From the NCBI GenBank assembly GCA_050251945.1, contig JBFWLW010000001.1:160001-224000 (forward strand): a DNA stretch of 64,000 bases. The letters run 5' to 3'. A program made the translations under genes and the position numbers. Source of the stretch: Deferribacterales bacterium. Lineage in GTDB: Bacteria > Chrysiogenota > Deferribacteres > Deferribacterales > Geovibrionaceae. The notes beneath the pieces are model-generated. The model made no database searches. It had not been told where the DNA came from and saw nothing but the letters and a program-made list of their open reading frames with translations. This document shows positions 1 through 11,765 of this stretch, in pieces (position 1 is the stretch's first letter; each line of letters starts with the position of its first letter).

Positions 1-142
1 TAAGGCATCGCTTGTGGGTGCATCGGAAACGGTTATAGTTGAAAATGGCAGACTTGTCCTCGGCACATGGCAGGGAATCTATTTCTGCGAATTTGACGGA
101 CCGAGAAACCGCAAGGTCTATCTGAAATTCATCGGTTCCTAA
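1..142 (+). CDS. yjbQ: YjbQ/UPF0047 family protein, 3' part (runs off window start)
   Basis: Manual translation of frame 2: [58 protein letters not shown] is the family signature; TAA at 140-142. Confidence 0.85.
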   Translation, partial: KASLVGASETVIVENGRLVLGTWQGIYFCEFDGPRNRKVYLKFIGS

Positions 143-1089
143 CCGCAGACATCCTCACCGGTAAGCACAGTAAACTTATTGCGCCCCGTGGACTTGCTCA
201 GATAAAGCGCTTTGTCCGCAACCCCGACCATGAACTCAACGTCTGTATAGCATTTATGATAAGGAGTTACGCCCGCGCTGAACGTTATCTGGAACTGCTC
301 GTCGTTGCTTTCAAAAATTGTAGCCGCAAGCTTGGCGCGTATCCTTTCCACAGCCATAATGGAGTGTTCAAGGTCTGTTTCGGTGAAGATTATTGCGAAT
401 TCTTCGCCGCCGTAGCGTGATGCGAGATCGGTTGAGCGGATACATTCTTTTATGGTGCCGGCAAAGACCTTAAGCACCTCGTCTCCTTTAAGGTGACCGA
501 AGTTGTCGTTGACTTTTTTAAAGAAGTCGATGTCCAGAAGCGCAAGACAGAAGCTGTTGTTATACCTTCCTGAACGCTGCATCTCCTCTTTCAGTTTATC
601 TTTGAAATACGAGTGGTTATAGAGGAGGGTGAGACCGTCTTTTTTTGCCATCTGCTCAAGGAATTCGTTCTGTTCCAGAACGTTTGTTGATGCAAACGCA
701 AGTTCAAAGATTGTCGATTCGAGTTCTTCCGTTTTCTCTTCCAGTTCCAGTGTGATACTTCTGTGTTTTTTGAGAATATTGAAACGGGTTTCAATCTCTT
801 TCGCCGGGTCTTCTTTCAGGCAGAACACAAAGTGGTAGTCCTGTGAAAGTTCAAGAAGCAGTGTGTCGTGTTGTTTTTGCGAGATGAAAAGGAAGAAATT
901 GTTTGTTTTCAGCAGCTCTCTTAAAGATGCGATATTGTCGTCCTCGCATATCTCAAAGACGACAATTTCGCGGTTGATATTCTCAATATCCTCGGCAGAC
1001 ATGAACTGAGCAATGGGAAACCTCTGCTCTATCTGCTGTCTGGTTTTTTCTGTTTTAGCTCTTGCTGCAACTTTAATGTTATTCGGCAT
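139..1089 (-). CDS. Diguanylate cyclase (coiled coil + GGDEF)
   Basis: [28 protein letters not shown], RxxD I-site (RSTD) and RYGGEEF; start overlaps the lysS stop. Confidence 0.9.
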   Translation of the reverse strand: MPNNIKVAARAKTEKTRQQIEQRFPIAQFMSAEDIENINREIVVFEICEDDNIASLRELLKTNNFFLFISQKQHDTLLLELSQDYHFVFCLKEDPAKEIETRFNILKKHRSITLELEEKTEELESTIFELAFASTNVLEQNEFLEQMAKKDGLTLLYNHSYFKDKLKEEMQRSGRYNNSFCLALLDIDFFKKVNDNFGHLKGDEVLKVFAGTIKECIRSTDLASRYGGEEFAIIFTETDLEHSIMAVERIRAKLAATIFESNDEQFQITFSAGVTPYHKCYTDVEFMVGVADKALYLSKSTGRNKFTVLTGEDVCG

Positions 1090-2548
1090 CCTCGGGCCTC
1101 ATGTGGGGAAATAGTATTACGTCGCGTATCGACTGGCTGTCTGTGAAAAGCATCACAAGCCTGTCTATGCCGAGACCGGCGCCCGCGGTGGGGGGAAGAC
1201 CGTATTCCAGAGCGCGGATATAGTCTGTGTCCATCATGCAGGCTTCTTCGTCACCGGCTTCTTTTGCGGCAACCTGTTTGGCAAACCTTTCATATTGGTC
1301 AATGGGGTCGTTAAGCTCGTTAAATCCGTTGGCGAGCTCAAAGCCGCCCATGAAAAGTTCAAATCTTTCAGTAAGTTCAGGGTCATCTTTTTTAGACTTC
1401 GCCAGAGGGGAGACCTCTTTCGGATAGTCAATTATGAATGTGGGATTGATGAGCGTGTGTTCAATCAATTCTTCAAAGATCTCCATAATGATTTTGCCTT
1501 TGCCCCATTCCTTCTGTACTTTTATACCAATTTTAGTAGCTGCGTTTTCTGCCGTTTCTCTATTTTTTAACATGTCTTCGGTGATGTTACTGCCTTTTAT
1601 TATGGCTTCCTGCATTGTCAGTCTTGACCACGAACCTGTCAGGTCTATCACATTGCCGTTAAAAGTTATCTCTTTCTTACCATAGAGTTTTTCGGCTATT
1701 CTCTGGCACATTTCCTCTATCATGTCCATAAGACCGTGATAGTCGTTATAAGCATTATACCATTCTATCATAGTAAATTCAGGATTATGTCTGGTTGACA
1801 GTCCTTCATTTCTAAAATTTCTGTTAATTTCAAATATCCTTTCAAATCCGCCGATTACGAGACGTTTGAGGTAAAGCTCGGGGGCTATGCGCAGATAAAG
1901 AGGCATATCCAGAGCGTTATGATGTGTTATGAAAGGTTTTGCGGTGGCACCGCCTACGATGGGGTGCATCATAGGAGTTTCAACTTCAAAGAAGTCTTTT
2001 TCAATAAAGAATTTTCTGACTTCCTGAATGATTACGCTGCGTTTTCTGAAGGTGTCTTTGACATCCTCGTTAACTATAAGGTCAACGTATCTCTGGCGGT
2101 AGCGTGTTTCCACGTCTTTAAGCCCGTGCCATTTTTCGGGCAGGTCGCGCAGTGCTTTTGTGAGCAGACGGAATTCTTTTGCACAGATGGTAAGCTCTCC
2201 CGTCTTGGTTTTGAACAGGAAGCCTTTAATGCCGACTATATCGCCGACATCCGTGAGGTCAAATACGGCGTACTGCTCTTCGGTTATTTCGCTTTTTTTA
2301 ACATAGACCTGAATGAGACCCGTGCGGTCTTTGATGGTCATGAAGGCTGCTTTTCCGAATTGACGAAGTGCCATGATTCTTCCGGCGACGTCGAACCATA
2401 CGTCCTGTGCGGGCAGGTCGTTTTCCTCTGCTTCCACATATTTTGATGTTATTTCCGCAATGTCGTTCGCTACTTTATGGTAATTGACAAACGGCTGTTC
2501 TGAAAGCTCTTTCAGCTTCTGCATTTTATCAAAGCGATGCTGTTCCAT
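1079..2548 (-). CDS. lysS: Lysine--tRNA ligase (class II)
   Basis: RYRQRYVDL, YLRIAPELYLKRL, FRNEG..RHNPEFT, GLGIDRLVM; start moved to ATG 2548, which has AGGAG upstream. Confidence 0.97.
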   Translation of the reverse strand: MEQHRFDKMQKLKELSEQPFVNYHKVANDIAEITSKYVEAEENDLPAQDVWFDVAGRIMALRQFGKAAFMTIKDRTGLIQVYVKKSEITEEQYAVFDLTDVGDIVGIKGFLFKTKTGELTICAKEFRLLTKALRDLPEKWHGLKDVETRYRQRYVDLIVNEDVKDTFRKRSVIIQEVRKFFIEKDFFEVETPMMHPIVGGATAKPFITHHNALDMPLYLRIAPELYLKRLVIGGFERIFEINRNFRNEGLSTRHNPEFTMIEWYNAYNDYHGLMDMIEEMCQRIAEKLYGKKEITFNGNVIDLTGSWSRLTMQEAIIKGSNITEDMLKNRETAENAATKIGIKVQKEWGKGKIIMEIFEELIEHTLINPTFIIDYPKEVSPLAKSKKDDPELTERFELFMGGFELANGFNELNDPIDQYERFAKQVAAKEAGDEEACMMDTDYIRALEYGLPPTAGAGLGIDRLVMLFTDSQSIRDVILFPHMRPEDAE

Positions 2549-2765
2549 TGAATGTGAGATCTCCTGATAAGTTGATTTATTTTGACTGTTTATACCATAA
2601 CTGTATATGCCCGCAAAGTGCAAATAAAAAATGCGTCAAATTCTATTTTATTTATTTGACACCGTATATAAAAATCACTAATCTAAAAAAGCAGATAAAT
2701 TCCTTTGGCTTTATAATTAATTCACTTGAAATCTGTCTGCTTATAGTCTAGATTGTCGTGTTTGA

Positions 2766-3821
<1,056 letters not shown>

Positions 3822-3840
3822 GGTGTCGGCAGCGGGGCAG

Positions 3841-4635
3841 ATGAAACTTTGGAAAAAAACACTTATCGCTTTTATCGCCCTGCTCATCCTTATTATCATA
3901 CAGGCTCGCAATCCTGAGATAAAAGGACCGTTCAGGGGCGTTATCGGCAACTTCGTCAACCCCTTCGTATACTATACTGAAAAAACGTTCAGCTTTTTCA
4001 GCGACATATGGAGCGGGTACATCAATCTGGTGGACGTGCGCAGACAGAACGACAGGCTTAAGCAGGCTAACGGCGAGCTTATGCTTGAGAACTCCCTTCT
4101 GAGGGAGCAGGTGAAGGAACACGGTCGCATAGCCAGACTTTTAAAGTTCAAGAACTATTCCGACCTTGACTTTGTGCCCACATCAGTAATCGGGCGTAAC
4201 GTTAAAGGTTATCTTAAATTTATTGTCATCGACAGAGGCAGCCGCGACGGCATCAAGCGTCAGGATCCTGTAATAAGCTTTAACGGGCTTGTTGGCATGG
4301 TGCGTGAGGTGTATGCGGACAGTGCAGAGGTTGAGGTTATTCTCAGTCCGGCAAGCAACGTTTCTGTCATGAACAACAGAACCCGCACAGTGGGCATCGT
4401 CCGCGGAAACGGACACGGCAGTATGGCTGTGGACTTTTACGACAGGCTGGACGACGTTAAAGTGGGGGATACCATGGTTACATCCGGTCTCGGCGGGGTT
4501 TACCCGAAGGGACTTGTGGTGGGTTATGTAAGCGATGTGAAAACCGCGGAAACCGGACTTTTCAAGATAATGACCCTGAACTCAAAGGTCAGGTTTGAAA
4601 AACTTGAGAATGTACTGGTGATCAGACAGCGATGA
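3841..4635 (+). CDS. mreC: Rod shape-determining protein MreC
   Basis: N-terminal TM, coiled coil, IDRGSRDG, GLVG, TSGLGGVYPKG; follows mreB. Confidence 0.93.
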   Translation: MKLWKKTLIAFIALLILIIIQARNPEIKGPFRGVIGNFVNPFVYYTEKTFSFFSDIWSGYINLVDVRRQNDRLKQANGELMLENSLLREQVKEHGRIARLLKFKNYSDLDFVPTSVIGRNVKGYLKFIVIDRGSRDGIKRQDPVISFNGLVGMVREVYADSAEVEVILSPASNVSVMNNRTRTVGIVRGNGHGSMAVDFYDRLDDVKVGDTMVTSGLGGVYPKGLVVGYVSDVKTAETGLFKIMTLNSKVRFEKLENVLVIRQR

Positions 4636-5102
4636 AAGGTTTCAATTATCTCTATCCGGCGATACTTGCCGCACTTGTGGTCGGTCATATCATGACGCTG
4701 GTCGGAGCTTTTGTTTTTTCAAATTTTGATTTTTCCGTGGTCATCTTTCTGCTTGTCTACGAAATGATAGATGAAGACAACTACATATGGCTTTCCGTGC
4801 TTTTCGGTGTATATACCGACTATGCCCGCAACGGTTTTTTCGGACCCGGGGTCATGCTGTTCCTGTTATTTTCTATCACAAGGTTCAAAGCTGACATCGT
4901 TGTAGACATGACGAAATTCAACTCAAAAGTACTGCTTTTCACCGGCATATCTCTTATTTATTGTCTGTTTAACGCGGCTCTTTCCGGTTATGACACAGAG
5001 ACGATAGTGAGAATGACGTTGACCAGAACCGTTTTAAACGTTCTGGCTGCTATAGGTATCATGAAATTTATGGAGTACAGAAGTGCTTTTAAGAACGCTT
5101 AA
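4632..5102 (+). CDS. mreD: Rod shape-determining protein MreD (divergent membrane protein)
   Basis: Hydrophobic 156 aa with G...D motif, between mreC and the PBP2 gene; assigned mainly by position. Confidence 0.7.
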   Translation: MKGFNYLYPAILAALVVGHIMTLVGAFVFSNFDFSVVIFLLVYEMIDEDNYIWLSVLFGVYTDYARNGFFGPGVMLFLLFSITRFKADIVVDMTKFNSKVLLFTGISLIYCLFNAALSGYDTETIVRMTLTRTVLNVLAAIGIMKFMEYRSAFKNA

Positions 5103-6924
5103 GGACGAGATACTCGAATACTTCAAAAAGCGGGCCATGTTAGGTTATGTGGTACTTGGGCTTTTCTTTGCGTTCCTTGCTCTCCGCCTGTTCTATATGC
5201 AGGTGATAAGTTATGAAAAATTCAAACAGCTTTCCGAAAACAACCGTATCCGTATAGTCCGCATCAAGGCGGACAGAGGATTCATAAAGGATGTTAAAGG
5301 AAGGCTTCTGGTAAAGAACTCACCAAGCTACGAACTTAAAATAGTTAAAGAGGACGTAAAAGACCTCAAAGGAATTCTTGACAAGCTTTCAAAGGTTCTG
5401 CCAATAGATAAAAAATATGCCATGAAGCAGGTTGAAAAATCATATCTTTATGAACCTGCGGTAATTCTTCGCGGTCTGTCGTTCAATCAGGTTGCAGAGA
5501 TAATGGAGCATTCCGACGATTATGTCGGTGTCGAGATAGGTCTTGAGGCTGTCAGGAGCTATATGGAAAGCAGGGCTTTCAGTCACGTTCTGGGCTACAT
5601 GTCTGAGGTGAACGAACAGGAACTGCGCGACGGCGGCTATTACCGTTCTGGTGATATGCTGGGCAAGACCGGAGTTGAAAAGGTATATGAGAAACAACTC
5701 CGTGGTTTCGACGGCGCCAGACAGGTCGAGGTGGATTCATACGGGCGTCCGGTGGAGATTCTCTCTGAAAAAGCCAGTGTCCCGGGTGAAAACATAACCC
5801 TTACCATCGACTATGATATCCAGACATTCCTGCACAGGCTTATGGACGGCAAAAAGGGTGCTGTCGTCGTTATGGACGTGAACAATTTTGATCTGCTGGC
5901 ACTCTATTCAGCGCCCGCATTCGACCTTATGTCCTTCACTCCTTTCGCTACGTCGCAGGAGAGGCTTTCCATAATAAAAGACCCTACCAAACCCCTGCTC
6001 AACAGAGCCATTGAAGGACGTTATCCGCCCGGATCTGTATACAAAGTGCTGATGGCGGTTATGGGACTTATGGAGCATAAGATAAACCCTGACAGCAGAT
6101 TCACCTGCACAGGCGAGATGCAGTACGGAAACTTTAAATACAAGTGCTGGAAAAAAGACGGACACGGAACCATCAATCTTGTTCAGGCGATAGAGGAATC
6201 GTGCGACGTTTATTTCTATAACCTCGGTCTAATCCTCGGTATAGATACGATATACGATTATTCCAACAGGCTTTCACTCGGAGTTAAGACCGGAATAGCG
6301 CTTCCCAACGAAAAATCGGGTTTTTTCCCGAGCAGACAGTGGAAAAAAGATGTCAGACGCGAAGGCTGGTACCCGGGTGAAACGATAATCACATCCATAG
6401 GTCAGGGTTATATAGCGACCACACCTATCCAGATAGCCGTTATGCTTGGCGGTATATTCAACGGCGGGAATATTTATACCCCTAACCTAGTAAGATATCT
6501 TGAAAACCCTTCCACTGGACATGTGCGAGAACCTGTGCGCAACCTCAGAAGCAAGGTACATATAGACAAATGGGCGGCAAACGTTGCCATGAAAGGGATG
6601 GTGAACGTTGTTGAGGGTACACACGCCACAGGTTACAGAGCGAATGTTCCCGGTGTGCATATCGGAGGCAAAACGGGTACTGCACAGGTTGTCAGCCTTA
6701 AACGCACCGAAGATATGGACGAAGAGGATATTCCCGAACATTACAGAGACCACTCGTGGTTTGCCGCTGTTTTTCCTGCGGAAAACCCGAAATACGTTGC
6801 CGTGGCAATGATAGAACATGGAGGCTCCGGCAGTAAGGGCGCGGCGCCCATCGTCGGAGCATTAGTAAACAAAATGGCGGATCTTGGATATGTTAAGCGT
6901 GAAACTGGACAGGAAGCACATTGA
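5083..6924 (+). CDS. mrdA: Penicillin-binding protein 2
   Basis: YPPGSVYK (SxxK), SCDVYFY, GKTGTAQ motifs; N-terminal TM. Confidence 0.95.
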   Translation: MLLRTLKDEILEYFKKRAMLGYVVLGLFFAFLALRLFYMQVISYEKFKQLSENNRIRIVRIKADRGFIKDVKGRLLVKNSPSYELKIVKEDVKDLKGILDKLSKVLPIDKKYAMKQVEKSYLYEPAVILRGLSFNQVAEIMEHSDDYVGVEIGLEAVRSYMESRAFSHVLGYMSEVNEQELRDGGYYRSGDMLGKTGVEKVYEKQLRGFDGARQVEVDSYGRPVEILSEKASVPGENITLTIDYDIQTFLHRLMDGKKGAVVVMDVNNFDLLALYSAPAFDLMSFTPFATSQERLSIIKDPTKPLLNRAIEGRYPPGSVYKVLMAVMGLMEHKINPDSRFTCTGEMQYGNFKYKCWKKDGHGTINLVQAIEESCDVYFYNLGLILGIDTIYDYSNRLSLGVKTGIALPNEKSGFFPSRQWKKDVRREGWYPGETIITSIGQGYIATTPIQIAVMLGGIFNGGNIYTPNLVRYLENPSTGHVREPVRNLRSKVHIDKWAANVAMKGMVNVVEGTHATGYRANVPGVHIGGKTGTAQVVSLKRTEDMDEEDIPEHYRDHSWFAAVFPAENPKYVAVAMIEHGGSGSKGAAPIVGALVNKMADLGYVKRETGQEAH

Positions 6925-8011
6925 AAATTTTGATGTAGTCCTGCTCGTACTTCTTTTTTTAATAACTACTGTCGGCGTTTTCGCCATCTACAGCGCAGGG
7001 TTTGACCCTGTCGACGGTCAGGTGCGCAACTTCTGGCTTAAGCAGTTCTACTTCCTGATATTGGGATACGTACTGTTCTTTGGTTTCAGCGCAGTAGGTT
7101 ATAAGAAACCGGTGAAGTATTCGTACGTTCTTTATGTAATCGGGCTTTTGATGCTGGCGGCGGTTCTTGCCATGGGACACGAAGGCAAGGGTGCCGTGCG
7201 CTGGATATCGTTGGCGGGTATCCGTATTCAGCCGTCAGAATTCTTTAAATTTATCTGGATAATAGTTCTTGCAAGACTTTATATAGACTTCACAATGAAC
7301 AAATACGGCATGCTGGACATAATTAAAAAGCTGTTCATTGCTATGCCGCCTTTTTTACTTGTGTTTTTACAGCCCGACCTTGGAACAGGCGGAACCTATC
7401 TTGCCGTATGGGGTATCGTTCTGCTTTTCATAGGTATCAGAAGGGTTACGCTTATCGTTATTGTCACAAGCCTTGTGTTTGCGGCTCCTATACTCTGGAC
7501 CCATATGAAACCCTATCAGAAACAGAGGGTCGAGACCTTTCTTAATCCCGAAGCCGATCCGTTCGGCTCCGGTTATCACGTCATACAGTCTAAGATCGCC
7601 ATCGGTTCCGGCGGTCTGTTCGGAAAAGGATTTATGAACGGAACCCAGTCCCACCTGAAATTCATCCCTGAGCGCCATACCGACTTCATCTTCGCCGTCA
7701 TAGCGGAGGAATTCGGGTTCATAGGCGCGAGCGTGGTGATTCTCTTATTCACAGGGCTGGTCTTCCGGATAATCTATATAGGTGTAAACTCGAAAGAATC
7801 GGCGGGAAAGCTGGTGTGTATCGCCGCCGCCGCGCTGTTCTTTTTCCAGTTTTTCGTAAATATGGCGATGACCGTGGGCATGATGCCTGTGGTTGGTATC
7901 CCTATGCCTATGGTCAGCTACGGAGGTTCGTCGCTCATCACGTTCATGTCTATTTTGGGAATAGTGAACAGTGTTGCCATGAGGCGTTTTGACAGTCCCA
8001 GCGAGGTATAA
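6890..8011 (+). CDS. rodA: Rod shape-determining protein RodA (SEDS family)
   Basis: IQPSEFFK, QPDLGT, GSGG..GKG, PERHTDFIF, SYGGSS. Confidence 0.95.
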   Translation: MLSVKLDRKHIENFDVVLLVLLFLITTVGVFAIYSAGFDPVDGQVRNFWLKQFYFLILGYVLFFGFSAVGYKKPVKYSYVLYVIGLLMLAAVLAMGHEGKGAVRWISLAGIRIQPSEFFKFIWIIVLARLYIDFTMNKYGMLDIIKKLFIAMPPFLLVFLQPDLGTGGTYLAVWGIVLLFIGIRRVTLIVIVTSLVFAAPILWTHMKPYQKQRVETFLNPEADPFGSGYHVIQSKIAIGSGGLFGKGFMNGTQSHLKFIPERHTDFIFAVIAEEFGFIGASVVILLFTGLVFRIIYIGVNSKESAGKLVCIAAAALFFFQFFVNMAMTVGMMPVVGIPMPMVSYGGSSLITFMSILGIVNSVAMRRFDSPSEV

Positions 8012-10425
8012 TGAAAGATTATAAAAAGCTTCTCAAGATTTCCAGACCCGCAAGATACATCAACGGAGAGATAAACTCCATCCACAAAAGTCATGAAGGC
8101 AGAACATCCGTATGCCTTGTATTTCCTGATGTTTATGAGGTAGGTATCAGCCACATAGGGTATAAGATGCTCTATGAAAGGCTGAATCTGTTTGATGAAC
8201 TCGTATGCGAGCGTTTCTTCATGCCATGGCCGGATGCAATTGAGGCGTACGGAAGCGAGATGTTCGTCAGTCTGGAATCCACAACAGACCTGAAAAATTT
8301 CGACGTGGTCGGTTTCAGCTTTCAGTACGAGCTTTCATACACGAACATGCTGAAGACCCTGCTCATGGCAGATATCCCCGCCAGAAGCAAAAACAGAGGC
8401 GGAGACGACCCTATAATTATCGCCGGCGGACCCTGCGTGTGCAATCCCATGCCTATAGCTGACTTTATAGATGTTTTTTTCGTAGGCGAATCTGAGATAA
8501 CGCTTCCCGATGCCATGAAAGTTCTGCGCAGCATGGAAGGTGCTTCCAGAGCGGAAAAAATAGCGTATCTCAATACTCTGCCGTTCACGTACGTACCTGA
8601 GATAGATCCGGATAAGCACGTGGTTCGCTCAATACATACAGGCTTTTCCGACGATTATACTATAAAAGACCTGATAGTTCCCGCCATACCCGCCGTTCAG
8701 GACAGGGTCGCAGTGGAGATTTCCCGCGGATGCACCAGAGGATGCAGGTTTTGTCAGGCAGGCATAATCTACCGTCCCAACCGCGAACGCAGTGTCGACA
8801 ACATCGCCTGCGATGCGCTTTATCAGCTTGACAAGACAGGTTATCTGGAAACGTCTCTGCTGTCTCTTTCAGCGTCAGATTACAGCAGGCTGGAAGAATT
8901 GCTTGTGACTATGGTCAAGCTCACAGAATCCCGAAAAGTTTCTCTGGCTCTGCCTTCGATAAGAGCTGACCGGATACAAGATTATATTTTCCGCGAACTT
9001 TCAAAGGTGCGCAAGTCCGGCTTTACCATAGCCCCCGAAGCAGGCTCCCAGCGTATGCGTGATTCCATCAACAAGGGACTTACGGAAGAGGCGATACTTG
9101 AGGCTGTGGAAAAGGCGTCCGACGCAGGATGGAACGGAGCAAAGCTTTATTTCATGATGGGGCTACCCGGGGAAACCATGGAGGATGTTCTCGCCATAGC
9201 GGAGCTTGCAAGGAAAGCAAAATATCTGCGCAAAGGCAGATTCAGCATAAAAGTATCGGTTTCAAACTTCGTGCCGAAAGCGCACACGCCATATCAGTGG
9301 TGGGGGCAGAACAGCGGCGACGAGTTTTTCGAGAAACGTCAGAAACTTAAGGAACTCTTCATTAAATACAAGATCCCCCACGCTTTCCACGGCATTAAGA
9401 CCAGCGTTCTCGAAGGCGCGTTCTCCAGAGGTTCAAGAGACCTCTGCAACGTTCTTGAAGAGGCCGTCAACCGCGGCGCTATGTTTGATGCGTGGACGGA
9501 ATATTTCAATTTTTCCATATGGGAGGAGTGCTTTGCAAAGTTCGGACTCAAAGTTGAGGACTACGCGCAGCGCAGTTACGAACGCACGGAAAAACTGCCT
9601 TGGGAGAACATCGACAGCGGTGTAACAAACGATTTCCTCTGGGAAGAGTATCTGAAATCACAATCCCTTGAGCTTACGTCCGACTGTACGGACGGTGAGT
9701 GCCACAACTGCGGCATCTGCGATTTCAAAGAGATAAAGAACGTTTTTGCGGACAAGACTGAGATGGTTTTTGAACCTGCTAAGGAAGAGGATGAGCAGAA
9801 ATTCACACGCTATGCGATGGTATTTTCAAAGACGGAGAGGCTTAGTCTCCTTTCTGCGATAGAGACACAGAGGCTTTTCACCCACGTCCTTACCATTTCA
9901 AAGTTCGGGCTGAAATTTACTCAGGGGTTCAACCCCCAGCCGAAGCTGAGCTATGTTCAGGCGGCATCCACCGGGCTTTCCGGTCTTAACGAGGTTCTGA
10001 TATTCGAGTCTGAAAAGATAGAGGATTTCAACGAGGCGATGGAAAAGCTGAACGGCATCCTTCCCAAATGGATACGTATAAAGCATTTTGCTGAATTTCC
10101 AGTGAACCCAAAACACTTTGACGTATACGTCCGTTTCGGGTTCGATAAGGATTTCATGGACATATTCAAAGCTAAATATGATGCCGGAGAGGCAAAGTAC
10201 GAGAAACTGAACAAAAGAGGGCTGCCTAAGGTCATGGATTCCAAAGATTTTACAGCGCATATCGGAATTGATGATATTGTGTTTAAAACTGAGACCTCAG
10301 GCAATTTCAACTGTTTCGAGTTCTTTGAAAGTCTCGGATATGAACGCGGCGACATTGGCATAATACGCAAAAACGTTTATCTTGTACCAAGAGAGGGCGA
10401 CGATGCGGTCGGAACCGATTTATAA
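8011..10425 (+). CDS. TIGR03960-type B12-binding radical SAM protein with fused C-terminal DUF2344/TIGR03936-like domain
   Basis: PARYINGEIN, FPDVYEVG, RGCTRGCRFC (CxxxCxxC), APEAGSQR, CxxCxxCGIC, then TQGFNPQPKLS. Confidence 0.85.
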   Translation: MKDYKKLLKISRPARYINGEINSIHKSHEGRTSVCLVFPDVYEVGISHIGYKMLYERLNLFDELVCERFFMPWPDAIEAYGSEMFVSLESTTDLKNFDVVGFSFQYELSYTNMLKTLLMADIPARSKNRGGDDPIIIAGGPCVCNPMPIADFIDVFFVGESEITLPDAMKVLRSMEGASRAEKIAYLNTLPFTYVPEIDPDKHVVRSIHTGFSDDYTIKDLIVPAIPAVQDRVAVEISRGCTRGCRFCQAGIIYRPNRERSVDNIACDALYQLDKTGYLETSLLSLSASDYSRLEELLVTMVKLTESRKVSLALPSIRADRIQDYIFRELSKVRKSGFTIAPEAGSQRMRDSINKGLTEEAILEAVEKASDAGWNGAKLYFMMGLPGETMEDVLAIAELARKAKYLRKGRFSIKVSVSNFVPKAHTPYQWWGQNSGDEFFEKRQKLKELFIKYKIPHAFHGIKTSVLEGAFSRGSRDLCNVLEEAVNRGAMFDAWTEYFNFSIWEECFAKFGLKVEDYAQRSYERTEKLPWENIDSGVTNDFLWEEYLKSQSLELTSDCTDGECHNCGICDFKEIKNVFADKTEMVFEPAKEEDEQKFTRYAMVFSKTERLSLLSAIETQRLFTHVLTISKFGLKFTQGFNPQPKLSYVQAASTGLSGLNEVLIFESEKIEDFNEAMEKLNGILPKWIRIKHFAEFPVNPKHFDVYVRFGFDKDFMDIFKAKYDAGEAKYEKLNKRGLPKVMDSKDFTAHIGIDDIVFKTETSGNFNCFEFFESLGYERGDIGIIRKNVYLVPREGDDAVGTDL

Positions 10426-11191
10426 AACGTTTCTCGAAGACATTTACCAGAAGTACAACAGTATTGAATATATCGACACTGACCCTGTATTTTTCCCCCA
10501 TGCATACGAGGGCAATACGGAGTATGTGGCGCTGACGGCGTCAGTCTTTGCGTACGGTAATGTCAAGGCTATTAAAGGTTTCATACGTTCCTATCTGGAT
10601 TATTACGGCACAGACCCGCTTGCGGCGGCAAAACCTTCCGGCGGACTGTATTACAGATTTCAGAAGAAACACGATATAGACTATTATGCAGAGCTTATGC
10701 GCCGCTTATACGGTGAATACGGCTCCATCGAGAATATTTTTTCCAAAAGGGACACGCTGGAAGAGGGGATTCTTCTTTTTCACGGATTGATAAAAGAATA
10801 TGCGGCGGATGCCGATACCGGACTGCATTTTCTGTTTCCCAACCCTGTAACTTCCGGTTCAAAACGTCTGCGGATGTTTTTGCGATGGATGATCCGCAAG
10901 GATAATGTGGATTTCGGCATCTGGTCAAAATTCAGTCCATCCGAACTTATGATGATAATAGACACGCACATTCTCAGGTTTGCAAAGAACAACGGTGTAA
11001 TAACAAACGACTCCGCAACCCGTGCGAACCTCGAAAAAGTTAGCAGCTTTTTCAGGGGCATGAATCCTGACGATCCGGCGAAGTACGATTTTGCACTGAC
11101 ACGGCTGGGAATTGTTTCCGGCTGCAAGTATATGAGCAGCATTTCCTGCGGAACATGCGGTCATAATAAAGGCTGTATATTTAGAGATTGA
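10403..11191 (+). CDS. TIGR02757/DUF2400 family protein (HhH-GPD-like)
   Basis: DPV.FPH, AYGNV, KRLRMFLRWMIR, DTHI, DPAKYDFALTRLG. Confidence 0.85.
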   Translation: MRSEPIYKTFLEDIYQKYNSIEYIDTDPVFFPHAYEGNTEYVALTASVFAYGNVKAIKGFIRSYLDYYGTDPLAAAKPSGGLYYRFQKKHDIDYYAELMRRLYGEYGSIENIFSKRDTLEEGILLFHGLIKEYAADADTGLHFLFPNPVTSGSKRLRMFLRWMIRKDNVDFGIWSKFSPSELMMIIDTHILRFAKNNGVITNDSATRANLEKVSSFFRGMNPDDPAKYDFALTRLGIVSGCKYMSSISCGTCGHNKGCIFRD

Positions 11192-11293
11192 TGAATATAT
11201 GAATATTTAAAATGTATATCCGCAGCATTGACAAAGTACGAAAATAGTATAGTATAAATCTGAAAGCGTTTAAAGTTACTTAGGAGGATTGCT

Positions 11294-11611
11294 ATGGCAG
11301 CAGAACTTAACGAAGCTAGTTTCCAATCAGAAGTACTCGATTGCACTATGCCCGTCCTTGTGGACTTCTGGGCTGTATGGTGCGGACCTTGCAGAATGCT
11401 CACACCTACTATAGAATCTCTTGCTTCAGAATATGCGGGCAAAGTAAAAGTTGCTAAAGTCAACGTTGATGAAAACCAGCAGCTTGCCGCAAAATACGGT
11501 ATCATGAGCATACCTACAGTTATGGTTTTCAAAGACGGAAAAGTTGTTGAACAGTTCATCGGCGTTCAGCCCAAAGGTGTTTACGAAGACGCTCTGAAAA
11601 GACACATATAA
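11294..11611 (+). CDS. trxA: Thioredoxin
   Basis: WCGPC active site; AGGAGG RBS. Confidence 0.96.
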   Translation: MAAELNEASFQSEVLDCTMPVLVDFWAVWCGPCRMLTPTIESLASEYAGKVKVAKVNVDENQQLAAKYGIMSIPTVMVFKDGKVVEQFIGVQPKGVYEDALKRHI

Positions 11612-11657
11612 CATATCTTTCAAACCATGCATATTACGGCATATTGAATGTCGTTAC

Positions 11658-11687
11658 GGGAGCAGCTTTAATAGGCTGCTCTTTTTT
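11658..11687 (+). terminator. Intrinsic terminator after trxA
   Basis: GAGCAGC...GCTGCTC stem followed by T6. Confidence 0.75.
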
Positions 11688-11765
11688 CGCTTTTTATCAC
11701 AATCTTCAAATTATTGATACAAATCAATTAAAAATATTATCTATAAACTTATGTTGTCTATTGAT

